This document shows, piece by piece, positions 44,126 to 53,331 of a stretch of 64,000 nt of DNA. The notes under the pieces were generated by a model that made no database searches, was not told the DNA's origin, and saw only the letters and a program-made list of their open reading frames with translations. Location: positions 5,343 through 69,342 of the forward strand of contig JBPCPW010000001.1 of NCBI GenBank assembly GCA_050998755.1, in the 5' to 3' direction. Numbering within the stretch: the stretch's first letter is position 1; each line of letters opens with the position of its first letter. The position numbers and the translations under genes were made by a program. The stretch is from Candidatus Dormibacteria bacterium. Its GTDB lineage: Bacteria > Chloroflexota > Dormibacteria > DASZGP01.

Positions 44126-44578
44126 CTATTCGGGAAAGAAGACCGGGGGGGCCTCTGCGGCGTCGCAGATCACGTTGACCATCTCCAGGTTGACCAGGAT
44201 GAACCTGCGGGCGAAGGACTCGAATTTGCGCCCGGAGGCCGAGATGGGGGTCGCAGATGCGGTCGTGAGGGGCAAAAAGGTGCCGCGGAAAACGTCCAGC
44301 GTGGTCTGGAGGTCTGCCTGGCTGGTGACGTGGAGGTCAGCCCGGATCGCGAAGTTGGCGGTCAACACCAGGACCCGGCGGGGCGTCTTGTTGACGTGGA
44401 AGCCGAACTCCTCGGCGGTATCCAACGGCGGGCTGTCGGTGGCTTCGGCGGCGACCTCGATGCTCGATTTCCGCAGCCGGCCGACGTCATGCCGTTCCGG
44501 CTCGGATGCCTCCTCGGCCGAGAGCGGCCACAACTCGAGCGCGGTCATGTCCAACCAGGTGTCGGTCTGGTTCATCAT
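44126..44578 (-). CDS. hypothetical acidic protein (~150 aa; ORF extends to 44683)
   Basis: Coding-like ORF immediately downstream of glnA on same strand; start at tandem ATG ATG (44578) or further upstream. Confidence 0.45.
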   Translation of the reverse strand: MMNQTDTWLDMTALELWPLSAEEASEPERHDVGRLRKSSIEVAAEATDSPPLDTAEEFGFHVNKTPRRVLVLTANFAIRADLHVTSQADLQTTLDVFRGTFLPLTTASATPISASGRKFESFARRFILVNLEMVNVICDAAEAPPVFFPE

Positions 44579-44708
44579 GTCGCTCACGCGCACGTGGGTG
44601 ACGGCCGTCCCACGCACCCGGACCCCCTGGCAGAAAAGTTCCAGGAGGTGAGGTTGAGGTCGCCGAAGTCCCGCTTGCTCCATTCCCGCAAGTTACACCA
44701 GGGACCCG

Positions 44709-46184
44709 CTATACGTCGTGGTAGAGGTGGAACTCCCATGGATGTGGCCTCAATGCCACCTGGTCGATCTCCTTGAGCTGCTTGTAGTCGATCCAGGTGT
44801 CGATCAGGTCCTGGGTGAACACCCCGCCCTCGAGCAGGAACTTGTTGTCCACCCTGAGCGCCGCCAGCGACTCGCCAAGTGAGCCGGGCGTGTTCTTGAT
44901 CCGGGAGCGCTCGCGGGGTGACAGCTCGTAGATGTCGGAATCCACGGGCGCCGGGGGCTCGATCTTGTTCTTGACCCCGTCGAGGCCCGCCATCACCAGG
45001 GCGCTGAAAGCCAGGTACGGATTGGCTGCGGGGTCCGGGCAGCGGAACTCGATTCGCTTGGCCTTGGGGTTCGAGCTGTACATCGGGATGCGGACGCAGG
45101 CCGACCGGTTGCGCTTGCTGTAGACCAGGTTGATCGGCGCTTCGTACCCCGGTACCAGGCGCCGGTAGCTGTTGGTCGTCGGGGCGCAGAATGCCAGTAG
45201 CGCCGGCGCGTGCTTGAGAAGTCCGCCGACGTACCACCGCGCCATGTCGGACAGGCCGCCGTAACCGTTGCCGGCAAACAACGGCTTGCCGCCCTTCCAC
45301 AGCGACTGGTGCACATGCATGCCGGAACCGTTGTCCTGGAACAGCGGCTTGGGCATGAAGGTCGCGACATAACCTCGTGAGGCCGAGAAGTTCTTGACGA
45401 TGTACTTGTATTTCTGCATGTCATCCGCGTGGGCCTTGAGGGTGTTGAAACGCAGGTCGATCTCCGCCTGGCCCGCGGTACCCACCTCGTGGTGCTGGAC
45501 CTCGACCTGCAGTCCAGCCTCGATCAGCTTGAGCATCAGCTCAGAGCGGAAGTCCTGGAGCTTGTCAACCGGCGGGACAGGGAAGTAGCCCTCCTTGTGC
45601 CGCGGGCGGAAGGCCATGTTGGGCTCACCGCCCTCGATGCCCGAGTTCCAGATGCCCTCATCAGAGTCGATGAAGTAGTACCCCGAGTGGGCATTCTGGT
45701 CGAACGAGAGCGAGTTGAAGATGTAGAACTCCGCCTCGGCTCCGAAGAACGCGGTGTCCGCGATTTTGGTCTGCTGCAGGTACGCCTCCGCCTTGGTGGC
45801 GACGAAGCGTGGGTCGCGGCTGTAGGGCTCGCGGGTGATGGGATCGAAGATGTCGTGGTGCACGACCAGCGTCGGCACGTTGAGAACCGGGTCCATGTAG
45901 GCCGTGCTGGGATCGGGCAGGAGCAGCATGTCCGATTCGTTGATGGCCTGGAACCCGCGGATCGATGAGCCGTCGAAGCCCAGGCCCTCGGTCTGCAGGT
46001 CGGCGGTGAATTCGGCAATCGGCAGGGAGAAGTGCTGGGTGCCTCCGGGTAGGTCGGTGAAGCGAACGTCGACCACCAGGGCGCCGGCGGACTTGGCCTT
46101 GCGGATGACCTCGGCGAGGCTGGTGGAGGCCACGCCACCCTGGGCGCGGCTGGTCTGCTTGGGCTCGGGCTTAGGTGCTGCCAA
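44709..46184 (-). CDS. glnA: glutamine synthetase type I
   Basis: …[14 protein letters not shown]…, …[13 protein letters not shown]…, …[11 protein letters not shown]…, conserved Tyr in DIYELSP (adenylylation-site position). Confidence 0.9.
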   Translation of the reverse strand: MAAPKPEPKQTSRAQGGVASTSLAEVIRKAKSAGALVVDVRFTDLPGGTQHFSLPIAEFTADLQTEGLGFDGSSIRGFQAINESDMLLLPDPSTAYMDPVLNVPTLVVHHDIFDPITREPYSRDPRFVATKAEAYLQQTKIADTAFFGAEAEFYIFNSLSFDQNAHSGYYFIDSDEGIWNSGIEGGEPNMAFRPRHKEGYFPVPPVDKLQDFRSELMLKLIEAGLQVEVQHHEVGTAGQAEIDLRFNTLKAHADDMQKYKYIVKNFSASRGYVATFMPKPLFQDNGSGMHVHQSLWKGGKPLFAGNGYGGLSDMARWYVGGLLKHAPALLAFCAPTTNSYRRLVPGYEAPINLVYSKRNRSACVRIPMYSSNPKAKRIEFRCPDPAANPYLAFSALVMAGLDGVKNKIEPPAPVDSDIYELSPRERSRIKNTPGSLGESLAALRVDNKFLLEGGVFTQDLIDTWIDYKQLKEIDQVALRPHPWEFHLYHDV

Positions 46185-46294
46185 CGGTCTCCTCCATCTC
46201 TTCGGATCGGGCGGCCCCCGGCCCTCCGATCGCTGTCACCACACGGGCGCGACATCGCTTCGCCGCGACACCCGGAGAGGTTACATGCCCCCGG

Positions 46295-47212
46295 TCAGAT
46301 CTCCCGGCGGCGCAGGCTGTAGACCGTCAATGAGAGGACGCCGATGATCCATAGCGCGGCCCAAAGTAGGAACTGGTCGGTGGGCGGCGCAGCGGCGAAG
46401 AAGGGGTTGGCGGTGGCGGCGCGGCCGGTGGTTCCCGAGCCGCGGTAGAGCGCGATCTCGGCCGCCGGCTGCAGCGAGTACACCGCGCCCCGCCAGAAGG
46501 CGTCGGTCGGCAGGATGAGCTTCGAGACGTAACCCGCGGTGGTGATGCCCTGGTTGTTGAAGGCCTCGCCGATGCCGGCGGCGATCCCGCCGAACCAGGC
46601 GAGCCCGAAGATGCCCAGGGTCACCACGCCGGCGGTCATCCCCGAGAGCCGGGTGCTGACCAACAGGGCGAGCGTGAGCAGGATCACCACGTGGCCGACG
46701 AGGTAGAGCAGAAACACCAGGGGGTTGGGCGGCATGTAGCCCACGACCAGGTTGACCACCAGAATCTCGACGAGCGCCGCACCGCCCGCGTACATCACCG
46801 CCAGGGATGAGAGCCCCAGCCATTTGCCGAGGACGTACTCAGCGCGGCTTATCGGCCTGGTCAGTACCGCCAGCGCGATGCCCGACTCGAGGTCGGAGGA
46901 GATCGCCGGTGACGCCACGAACACGGTGCTGATCGCCAGGACGAAGGCAAACATGAACATGACCACGATCAGGAGCTGCGAGACAATCAGCTTGAGCTCA
47001 ACTGTCGTCAGCGGGCGGCCATTGTTGTCTGTCACCGTCGTCAGCCGGTTCATGCCCCAGGCGGTCAGGCCGACCACCAGCACCGTGACCACCAGGAGGG
47101 CCAGCAGCAGCTTGCGGCGGAGGGCTTCCTTGGCGGTCAGCCGCGCAATCGCCAGGACTGGGCGGGTATTTATGCCCCCCATGTGCCATCGAGCGCCGGC
47201 GCTGGCCGCCAT
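46295..47212 (-). CDS. ABC-2 type transporter permease
   Basis: 6 TM; start overlaps ATPase stop (TGATG); downstream of ECF sigma/anti-sigma pair. Confidence 0.75.
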   Translation of the reverse strand: MAASAGARWHMGGINTRPVLAIARLTAKEALRRKLLLALLVVTVLVVGLTAWGMNRLTTVTDNNGRPLTTVELKLIVSQLLIVVMFMFAFVLAISTVFVASPAISSDLESGIALAVLTRPISRAEYVLGKWLGLSSLAVMYAGGAALVEILVVNLVVGYMPPNPLVFLLYLVGHVVILLTLALLVSTRLSGMTAGVVTLGIFGLAWFGGIAAGIGEAFNNQGITTAGYVSKLILPTDAFWRGAVYSLQPAAEIALYRGSGTTGRAATANPFFAAAPPTDQFLLWAALWIIGVLSLTVYSLRRREI

Positions 47213-48195
47213 CAGCTCGGCTCCTCGCCGCCGAGGAGCTCCATGAAGCGCTCCTCGAGGCTCTGCTGTCGGGGCTCAACGGCGTACACCCGGCCGCCGG
47301 CCTTGACCAACGCGCTGACCATGTCCGGTACGCGCAACTCCTCCAGGCCGGACACCATTACCCAACCCTCGTCCTCGTCCCGGACCGTCCCAAATCCCTC
47401 CAGGACGCGTCGCCCGGCGGCATCCAACCCGGTGGCGCGGACCCTCACCCCGCCGGTCCCCAGGAGCTCGTGCAGCGTCCCGGTGGCGATGACCGTTCCG
47501 TGGTTCACGATTGCCACCCGATCGCAGACCTGTTCGACCTCGGTCAGCAGGTGGGAGTTGAGGAAGACGGCGGTGCCATCCGCCTTGAGATGGCGAATTA
47601 TTTCGCGCACGTCCCGACGCCCAACTGGGTCGAGGGCTGACGTGGGCTCGTCGAGGATGACCAGGTCGGGTCGCCCCAGCAACGCGACGCCGATGCCGAG
47701 CCGCTGCTGCATGCCCTTGGAGAAGCCCCCAACGCGGTCGGATGAGCGCCCGGCCAGGCCGATCAGGTTGAGCACCCTGTCGAGTTCCGCCGGCCGGGTC
47801 ATGCGCGGAATTCCCGCCAGTTCGCAGTGCAGAGAGAGGACCTCCGCCGCGGTCAACCAGGACTGGTAGCGGAAGAGTTCAGGTAGGTAGCCGACTCGCC
47901 GCCGAGTCTGCTTGTCGCCGATCGGGCTACCCAGGACCCAGGCCTCGCCGGTGGTCGGCGACGTCAGGCCGAGGAGCATCTTCACCGAGGTTGTCTTGCC
48001 GGCCCCGTTGGGCCCGAGGAAGCCGAACACCTCCCCGCGGGGCACCGTCATGGTCAGGTCTTTAACCGCCACGATGGGGCCGTAACGCTTGCCCAGGGCC
48101 GCGATGTGGATGGCGGATGAGGCGGCCGAGGCCGCCTCATCCTGGGTTCCGGACCTCGGAGCGGCGAGAGGGGTCGCCACCGTGGTCGAGGCCAT
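47212..48195 (-). CDS. ABC transporter ATP-binding protein
   Basis: GPNGAGKTT, …FSKGMQQRLGIGVAL… signature, ILDEPTSALD. Confidence 0.85.
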   Translation of the reverse strand: MASTTVATPLAAPRSGTQDEAASAASSAIHIAALGKRYGPIVAVKDLTMTVPRGEVFGFLGPNGAGKTTSVKMLLGLTSPTTGEAWVLGSPIGDKQTRRRVGYLPELFRYQSWLTAAEVLSLHCELAGIPRMTRPAELDRVLNLIGLAGRSSDRVGGFSKGMQQRLGIGVALLGRPDLVILDEPTSALDPVGRRDVREIIRHLKADGTAVFLNSHLLTEVEQVCDRVAIVNHGTVIATGTLHELLGTGGVRVRATGLDAAGRRVLEGFGTVRDEDEGWVMVSGLEELRVPDMVSALVKAGGRVYAVEPRQQSLEERFMELLGGEEPS

Positions 48196-48200
48196 GTCGC

Positions 48201-49379
48201 TCAGTTCAGGCTGTTGGCCACCGCGACCACGTCACCCTCGGAGAGAGTGCCGACCACGGCGTAGAGGATGCCCTTGTGTTGCCAGATGACGCCGGCGCCC
48301 AGGCCCGTGGAATCACCCACGAAGAGGCCCTTCTCGGCATTGTTGCCCTTGCCTACGGTGACATCGTGGGAGCCCTGGCCCGTTGGTACCGGCACGGGCA
48401 GCGTGGTGGTCGGGTCGCCGATCGCCTTGATCTGCGCGGCGAGGTCGGCAGGCATCCCTGGCAGTCCTGCCAGGTAGTTCTCCAGGTCCTGGATGGAGGC
48501 GCCGCTGGAGTTGACCTTGGGGGTTGTCATCTGGACGATGGCCAGCGACGGGATCTGGAAGCCCTCGCCGCCACCCCGTCTCGCGCTCTTGGAGATTGGC
48601 GCGCCCGCGGAGTCCTCCGCCGGGGTGCCGACGTTGGCCAGGCTTGGGCCGCCATAGATCGTGAGAACGCCGGGGCCGGCGGTCACCGAGATGGTGCTGC
48701 CGTTCATGCCGTCAGGCATCGCCGGCAAGGCGTGGCCCCTGGATTGCTCGTACTTCGCCGCCTTGTCGCGGTCGATGGTGAACGAACCCTGGAGAGTCCC
48801 GAACGTCTCGAACTGCGGCTGGCCGCTGACGTCTTTGGGGAGCGACCCCGGCACCAGGACCTTGCCCAGGCCCGAGCCCACCAGCGCCGCCTGGGCACTG
48901 GTCGCGGACCGGAAAGTGGGCTGGGTTCCAAGCTTGTAGGTGCCGAACTGCGAGAGGTCGGGCAGTGACTTGAGGTCGCCCGTGCTGACGCTGACGGGTT
49001 TGAACTGCTGTGGCTCGAAGGTCTGGACCACCCCCTCGGCAACCCCTGTGGCGACAAGGGCGCCCATCAGGCCTACGGTGAGGATCGCGGCGGCCGCGGG
49101 CCGGAAGACGCGACGCTGGCGCAGGCGCGCCAGCCAGCCCTGGGGGCCGCCGGTGGGCTGGTCGGCCGCGAGACGGCGGACACGCAGCAACGCGACCTGG
49201 GGCTCGACCCGGCTCTCCGGTACCGCCAGGAGGACGGAAACCCCGGAGGCCTCGGCCCTGACCTGCTCGGCCCGGCCGCGGCACTCCTCGCACGACGCGA
49301 AGTGAGCGCTGTCCGCGGCGCTGGTGGTGGCGGGCTCGTCCTGCATACGACGCAGGATGCCCTCGTTCAGGTGACTCAT
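48201..49379 (-). CDS. anti-sigma factor, zinc-finger-containing, single-pass membrane with large extracytoplasmic domain
   Basis: N-terminal H…C…C (HFASCEECRGRAEQ) anti-sigma motif, TM (AAAILTVGLMGALVATGV), ~260-aa periplasmic domain; ATGA overlap with sigma gene. Confidence 0.7.
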   Translation of the reverse strand: MSHLNEGILRRMQDEPATTSAADSAHFASCEECRGRAEQVRAEASGVSVLLAVPESRVEPQVALLRVRRLAADQPTGGPQGWLARLRQRRVFRPAAAAILTVGLMGALVATGVAEGVVQTFEPQQFKPVSVSTGDLKSLPDLSQFGTYKLGTQPTFRSATSAQAALVGSGLGKVLVPGSLPKDVSGQPQFETFGTLQGSFTIDRDKAAKYEQSRGHALPAMPDGMNGSTISVTAGPGVLTIYGGPSLANVGTPAEDSAGAPISKSARRGGGEGFQIPSLAIVQMTTPKVNSSGASIQDLENYLAGLPGMPADLAAQIKAIGDPTTTLPVPVPTGQGSHDVTVGKGNNAEKGLFVGDSTGLGAGVIWQHKGILYAVVGTLSEGDVVAVANSLN

Positions 49380-49948
49380 TTCTGTACCTCCGATCTCAGT
49401 TTCAATTCAGCCCGGCGCAGCAGGGTGCCAACCTGCCCGACGGATACGCCCATCGCCCCGGCCACCTCGGCGTAGCTCAGTCCGCTGTAGCGGAGCGCCA
49501 GCACGGCAGCGCTATTTTTCGGCAGTCGTCTCATCGCGTCGCGAACCCGCTCCCGCTGCGCCGCCTCCTGCACCACCCCCTCAGGGTCGGCGCTCATGTC
49601 GCTCTCCGGAATGGCCACCGCCTCTTCGCGGCTCGCCCGGCGGCGGTTGCCCCGCAGCACGTTGAGTGCGCGGTGCCAGGCCGCGCGATGGAGCCAGGGG
49701 GCGGCGTAGTCGGCCTCGGCGGGGTGGTTGCGGTGGAACTCCAGGAAGACCTCCTGGGCCACCTCTTCGGCCTCGTGACGATTGGCCAGCACGCGGTTGG
49801 CGATACCCACCACGCGGGAGTACTCGGCCAGGAACAGCTTCTCGAACGGTTCGGGAAGCCCCGAACCCCTGCGCTGCAGCGGCACCTCGCCCGCCTGGGC
49901 CTGGGCCTGGGTCGCCGGCAGGATGCTCAGTGTCGCGCTGTCCTCCAT
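49376..49948 (-). CDS. ECF-subfamily RNA polymerase sigma-70 factor
   Basis: Region 2 (…EEVAQEVFLEFHRN…) and region 4 (…SAAVLALRYSGLSYAEVAGAMGVSVGQVGTLL…). Confidence 0.85.
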   Translation of the reverse strand: MEDSATLSILPATQAQAQAGEVPLQRRGSGLPEPFEKLFLAEYSRVVGIANRVLANRHEAEEVAQEVFLEFHRNHPAEADYAAPWLHRAAWHRALNVLRGNRRRASREEAVAIPESDMSADPEGVVQEAAQRERVRDAMRRLPKNSAAVLALRYSGLSYAEVAGAMGVSVGQVGTLLRRAELKLRSEVQK

Positions 49949-50005
49949 GCCCTATAAGCACCGCGGGCCCCCTGATTGTGACAGCGGCGCGAACCCGCCC
50001 GTTAC

Positions 50006-51799
50006 TCAGTCGGCTATCAGGCTCCGCGCGCGCAGCGCGATGCTCAGTGCGACGCGGGTCTCCGCGTCCTCCAGCGAAACCGCCAGCAGGGCTTCGATCC
50101 GCTGCACCCGGTAGGACAGGCTGTTGACGTGGAGGTGCAGCGCGCGGGCTGCCGCCCGTCGGTTCCAGTGTTCGGCCGACAGGTGCTCCAGGGTCTCTAC
50201 AAGGGGGGTGCGCCGCCCCTCCTGGTAGCGGAGGAGGGGACCCAGGGTTTCGTCGATGAAGCGGCGCAGGACCATCGGGTTCTGGACCTCGAGCAGCAAC
50301 CGAAATGCCCCCAGGTTGCGATACGAGCTGACCCTGCCAGCGGCGCCACCGCGGCGGGCCAGGCGCAGGGACTGGCGCGCCTCGTCGTGGGCTCGCGGCA
50401 GGTCGTGCACCTCCTGCGTGGCATTGCCGATCCCGAGCGAAAAGGAGCCCTTGGACACGGTCCGCTTGAGGGTCTTGAGGAGCATGTCGCCGAAGGCCTC
50501 GAGGGCCTTGAGTTCTGCGGCGGAGGCGGGCACATCCCCCTCCTCGCCGACTGGGACCAGCAGCACCAGCGACGCCGGCCGGGTGACCACCAGCGAGCCG
50601 GCGAAGCGCCGCGTCGTGAGGTCGGTGACGATGCCATGAAGGCGGTCCTGGCTGCTGCGGGATTCCAGGGCCGCGGCAGCCGCCTCGTCGTCCGGCTCCA
50701 CCACCATCACCCAGGAGCGTCCTGCCACCCGGTAACCGAGGCGCTCGGCCTGGACCGCGAGGCGCCCCGCCTCCTGCGGTCCGAGACCGTGGTTCAGGAG
50801 TTCCTCGAGGAGGTCACCCCGGAGACGGCGCTCGACCTCCGCGGCGGTCCGCTCGCGCACCAGCTCGAGCGCCAGCACGGTGGCGCCGTGTTCCAGCGCG
50901 CGGCGCAGGTTGGGGTGGTCGATGGGGACCGATTCCGCCGCGAGCACCGCCAGCAGGTCGTCGCCGGCACGGATCGGGGTCAGGGTGATCGGTCGCGGCG
51001 GGCGACCGGCAATGACATCGACGGGGTCGCTGTCACTGCTGTGGAGCATCGCCGAGGGCAGGTCCAGCCGGCTGATACCCAGTCCCTGGGAGCGCCCGCC
51101 CGGACGCTCGAGCCGGAACCCGGACGGGTCGAAGAGATCGACGCGGGCCCCGCGCAGCGCGGTGATGGCCTCCAGGATCGCGCCTGGTCCGGCACCCCGA
51201 AGGGCCAGGGCGGTGAACCGCTCGTGGATCGCCTGCGAGCCGCGGATCTCGTCCAGCTGGGTCTCGAGGCGGCGCTGCAGCTGGCTGCGCTCAATGATTC
51301 CTGCCACCTGGCCCGCGATCGCCAACAGAAAGTCGATGTCCGCGCGGTTGAAATCGCGCCGCTCTTCGGACTGGACATTGACCACGCCGATGAGCCGCTC
51401 GCCGGCCAGGATCGGCACCGACAGCATCGCCGTCAGCCGCTTCTGGTCGACGCCGCGGAGGAACTGGAATCGCGGTTCCTTGGTGACGTCCGGCACCACC
51501 AGGGCCTGCTGGTTGGCCGCCACCCACCCGGTGATTCCCTCGCCCAGGCGCATCCGCGCCTTGCCGATGTTGCCGCTATCGAGGCCGTTGGTGGCGGTGA
51601 GTACGATCTCGTCCTCCGAGTCGTAGATGTAGATCGAGCAGACCTCCACCTGCATCGCACCCGTGGTCTCATGGATGATCAGGTCCAGGAGTGCGTCGGG
51701 TTCTAGCGTGGACGCCGCGGCCTTGCTCAGGCGCTGGACAAAGAGGAGCTCCCGTAAGGAGGTGTCCTCGGGGGCGGCGGCGATGCTGGCCTGGGCCAT
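50006..51799 (-). CDS. PucR/CdaR-family transcriptional regulator with GAF domains
   Basis: GAF (…ERLIGVVNVQSEERRDF…), C-terminal PucR HTH (…ARALHLHVNSLSYRVQRIEALL…); divergent from kynU. Confidence 0.8.
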   Translation of the reverse strand: MAQASIAAAPEDTSLRELLFVQRLSKAAASTLEPDALLDLIIHETTGAMQVEVCSIYIYDSEDEIVLTATNGLDSGNIGKARMRLGEGITGWVAANQQALVVPDVTKEPRFQFLRGVDQKRLTAMLSVPILAGERLIGVVNVQSEERRDFNRADIDFLLAIAGQVAGIIERSQLQRRLETQLDEIRGSQAIHERFTALALRGAGPGAILEAITALRGARVDLFDPSGFRLERPGGRSQGLGISRLDLPSAMLHSSDSDPVDVIAGRPPRPITLTPIRAGDDLLAVLAAESVPIDHPNLRRALEHGATVLALELVRERTAAEVERRLRGDLLEELLNHGLGPQEAGRLAVQAERLGYRVAGRSWVMVVEPDDEAAAAALESRSSQDRLHGIVTDLTTRRFAGSLVVTRPASLVLLVPVGEEGDVPASAAELKALEAFGDMLLKTLKRTVSKGSFSLGIGNATQEVHDLPRAHDEARQSLRLARRGGAAGRVSSYRNLGAFRLLLEVQNPMVLRRFIDETLGPLLRYQEGRRTPLVETLEHLSAEHWNRRAAARALHLHVNSLSYRVQRIEALLAVSLEDAETRVALSIALRARSLIAD

Positions 51800-51926
51800 T
51801 TGCGGCGCAGTCTACCGTTCCGCCATACCGCGGGCATAGTGTGAAGCGCACAAAGAACACCGCGGGAGTAGTGCTACAGATGACAACGCGCGCCCTGGCG
51901 TGCGGCGCTCTATCCTGCCTGAGGTG
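51800..51926. promoter_or_regulatory. divergent promoter/operator region between PucR-family regulator and kynureninase
   Basis: Direct repeats ACCGCGGG at 51827-34 and 51859-66 flanking TGTGaagcgCACA inverted repeat. Confidence 0.3.
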
Positions 51927-53189
51927 ATGGACGACGTGGCCACCCGGCGGGCTCCGAGGGATCGGAATGAGTGCCTCGGTCTTGACCAGGCCGACCCGCT
52001 GGCCGCGCTGCGAGCGGAGTTCGACCTCGGCCCGGCACTGGTTTACCTCGACGGCAACTCGCTCGGCGCACTGCCGCGGGCGGTGCCGGCACGGGTTGCC
52101 GACGCGGTGCGACGGGAATGGGGCAGCGGGCTGATCCGCAGCTGGACCGAGGCGCATTGGATCGAGGCGCCGGCCCGGGTTGGCGCCAGGATCGCGCCGC
52201 TGATCGGAGCAGCGGCCGACGAGGTCATCTGCTGTGACAGCACCTCGGTCAACGTCTTCAAGCTTCTTGGAGCCGCGCTATTGGCGCAGCCCGATCGCCA
52301 CGTCATCCTGACCGAACTTTCAAACTTCCCCACCGACGTCTACATGGCCGAGGGGCTGGCCGAGATGGCCGACCGGGGTTGGAGCGTGAGGCGCGTCCTG
52401 CGCAGCCAGCTGGAGAGTGCCCTGGAAAGCGACGTCGCGGTCATGCTGCTGACCCACGTCGACTTCACCAGCGGCTACGTCCATGACATGCGCGGGCTGA
52501 CAGCGGCGGCGCGGGCCGCCGGGGTGCTGACGCTCTGGGACCTGTCTCACAGTGCCGGCGCCCTGGAGGTCGACCTCGGCGGGTGTGGGGTCGACATGGC
52601 GGTGGGGTGCGGTTACAAGTACCTCAACGGCGGTCCCGGCGCGCCCGCCTATCTCTTCGTGTCACGGCGGCTGCACAGCACGGTGAGGTCTCCCCTGTGG
52701 GGGTGGATGGGTCACGCGCAACCATTTGACTTCAGCCCCACGTACCATCCCGCCCCCGGAGTCCGGGGCTTTGCCGCAGGCACCCCGTCGATCCTTGGGC
52801 TGGCGGCCCTCGAAGCCGCGTTGGAGGTGTGGGCGACGGTGGACGTCCGCTTGGTTCGACAGAAGGCCGCCGACCTGACCGACACCTTCCTGGCCCTGGT
52901 CGACGAGCGCCTCCAGGGCTTCGGCATCGAGGTGCTGTCGCCGCGACCAGCCCGGCTGCGCGGGGCGCAGGTCGCCCTGCGCCATCCCCACGCGTATGCC
53001 GTGATGTCCGCGCTTCGGGAGCGCGGGGTTATCGGCGATACCCGGCCGCCCGACGTCATGCGCTTTGGTTTCGCGCCGCTCTACACGCGCTTCACGGATG
53101 CCTGGGACGCGGTGGACGCCCTGGCCGAGGTGCTGGCGGGCGAGAGCTGGCGAGAACCCCGCCACGTTCGGCGACTGGAGGTGAGCTAG
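51927..53189 (+). CDS. kynU: kynureninase (PLP-dependent)
   Basis: …DPLAALRAEFDL…YLDGNSLGALP…, …DLSHSAGALEVDL…GCGYKYLNGGPGAPAYLFV…; start ATG 51927 or GTG 51900. Confidence 0.8.
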   Translation: MDDVATRRAPRDRNECLGLDQADPLAALRAEFDLGPALVYLDGNSLGALPRAVPARVADAVRREWGSGLIRSWTEAHWIEAPARVGARIAPLIGAAADEVICCDSTSVNVFKLLGAALLAQPDRHVILTELSNFPTDVYMAEGLAEMADRGWSVRRVLRSQLESALESDVAVMLLTHVDFTSGYVHDMRGLTAAARAAGVLTLWDLSHSAGALEVDLGGCGVDMAVGCGYKYLNGGPGAPAYLFVSRRLHSTVRSPLWGWMGHAQPFDFSPTYHPAPGVRGFAAGTPSILGLAALEAALEVWATVDVRLVRQKAADLTDTFLALVDERLQGFGIEVLSPRPARLRGAQVALRHPHAYAVMSALRERGVIGDTRPPDVMRFGFAPLYTRFTDAWDAVDALAEVLAGESWREPRHVRRLEVS

Positions 53190-53331
53190 CCGTCAGATTT
53201 GTGCGGGCAACACGAAAAACGGCTCCTGATCTCTTGTCTGTAACACCAGGCTCCGCCCGCCCTCGACGCCTATTGTTCGGGTCATTCGAGTCCCGGTTGG
53301 GGGGATTCATCGATTGGACGGAGGTTTACCC

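Noticed and set aside
46185-46294. Possible GlnR box (GTAAC-n6-…) upstream of glnA
   Set aside because: Only the first half-site resembles the actinobacterial gTnAc-n6-GaAAc consensus; the second half-site does not match, so not called.
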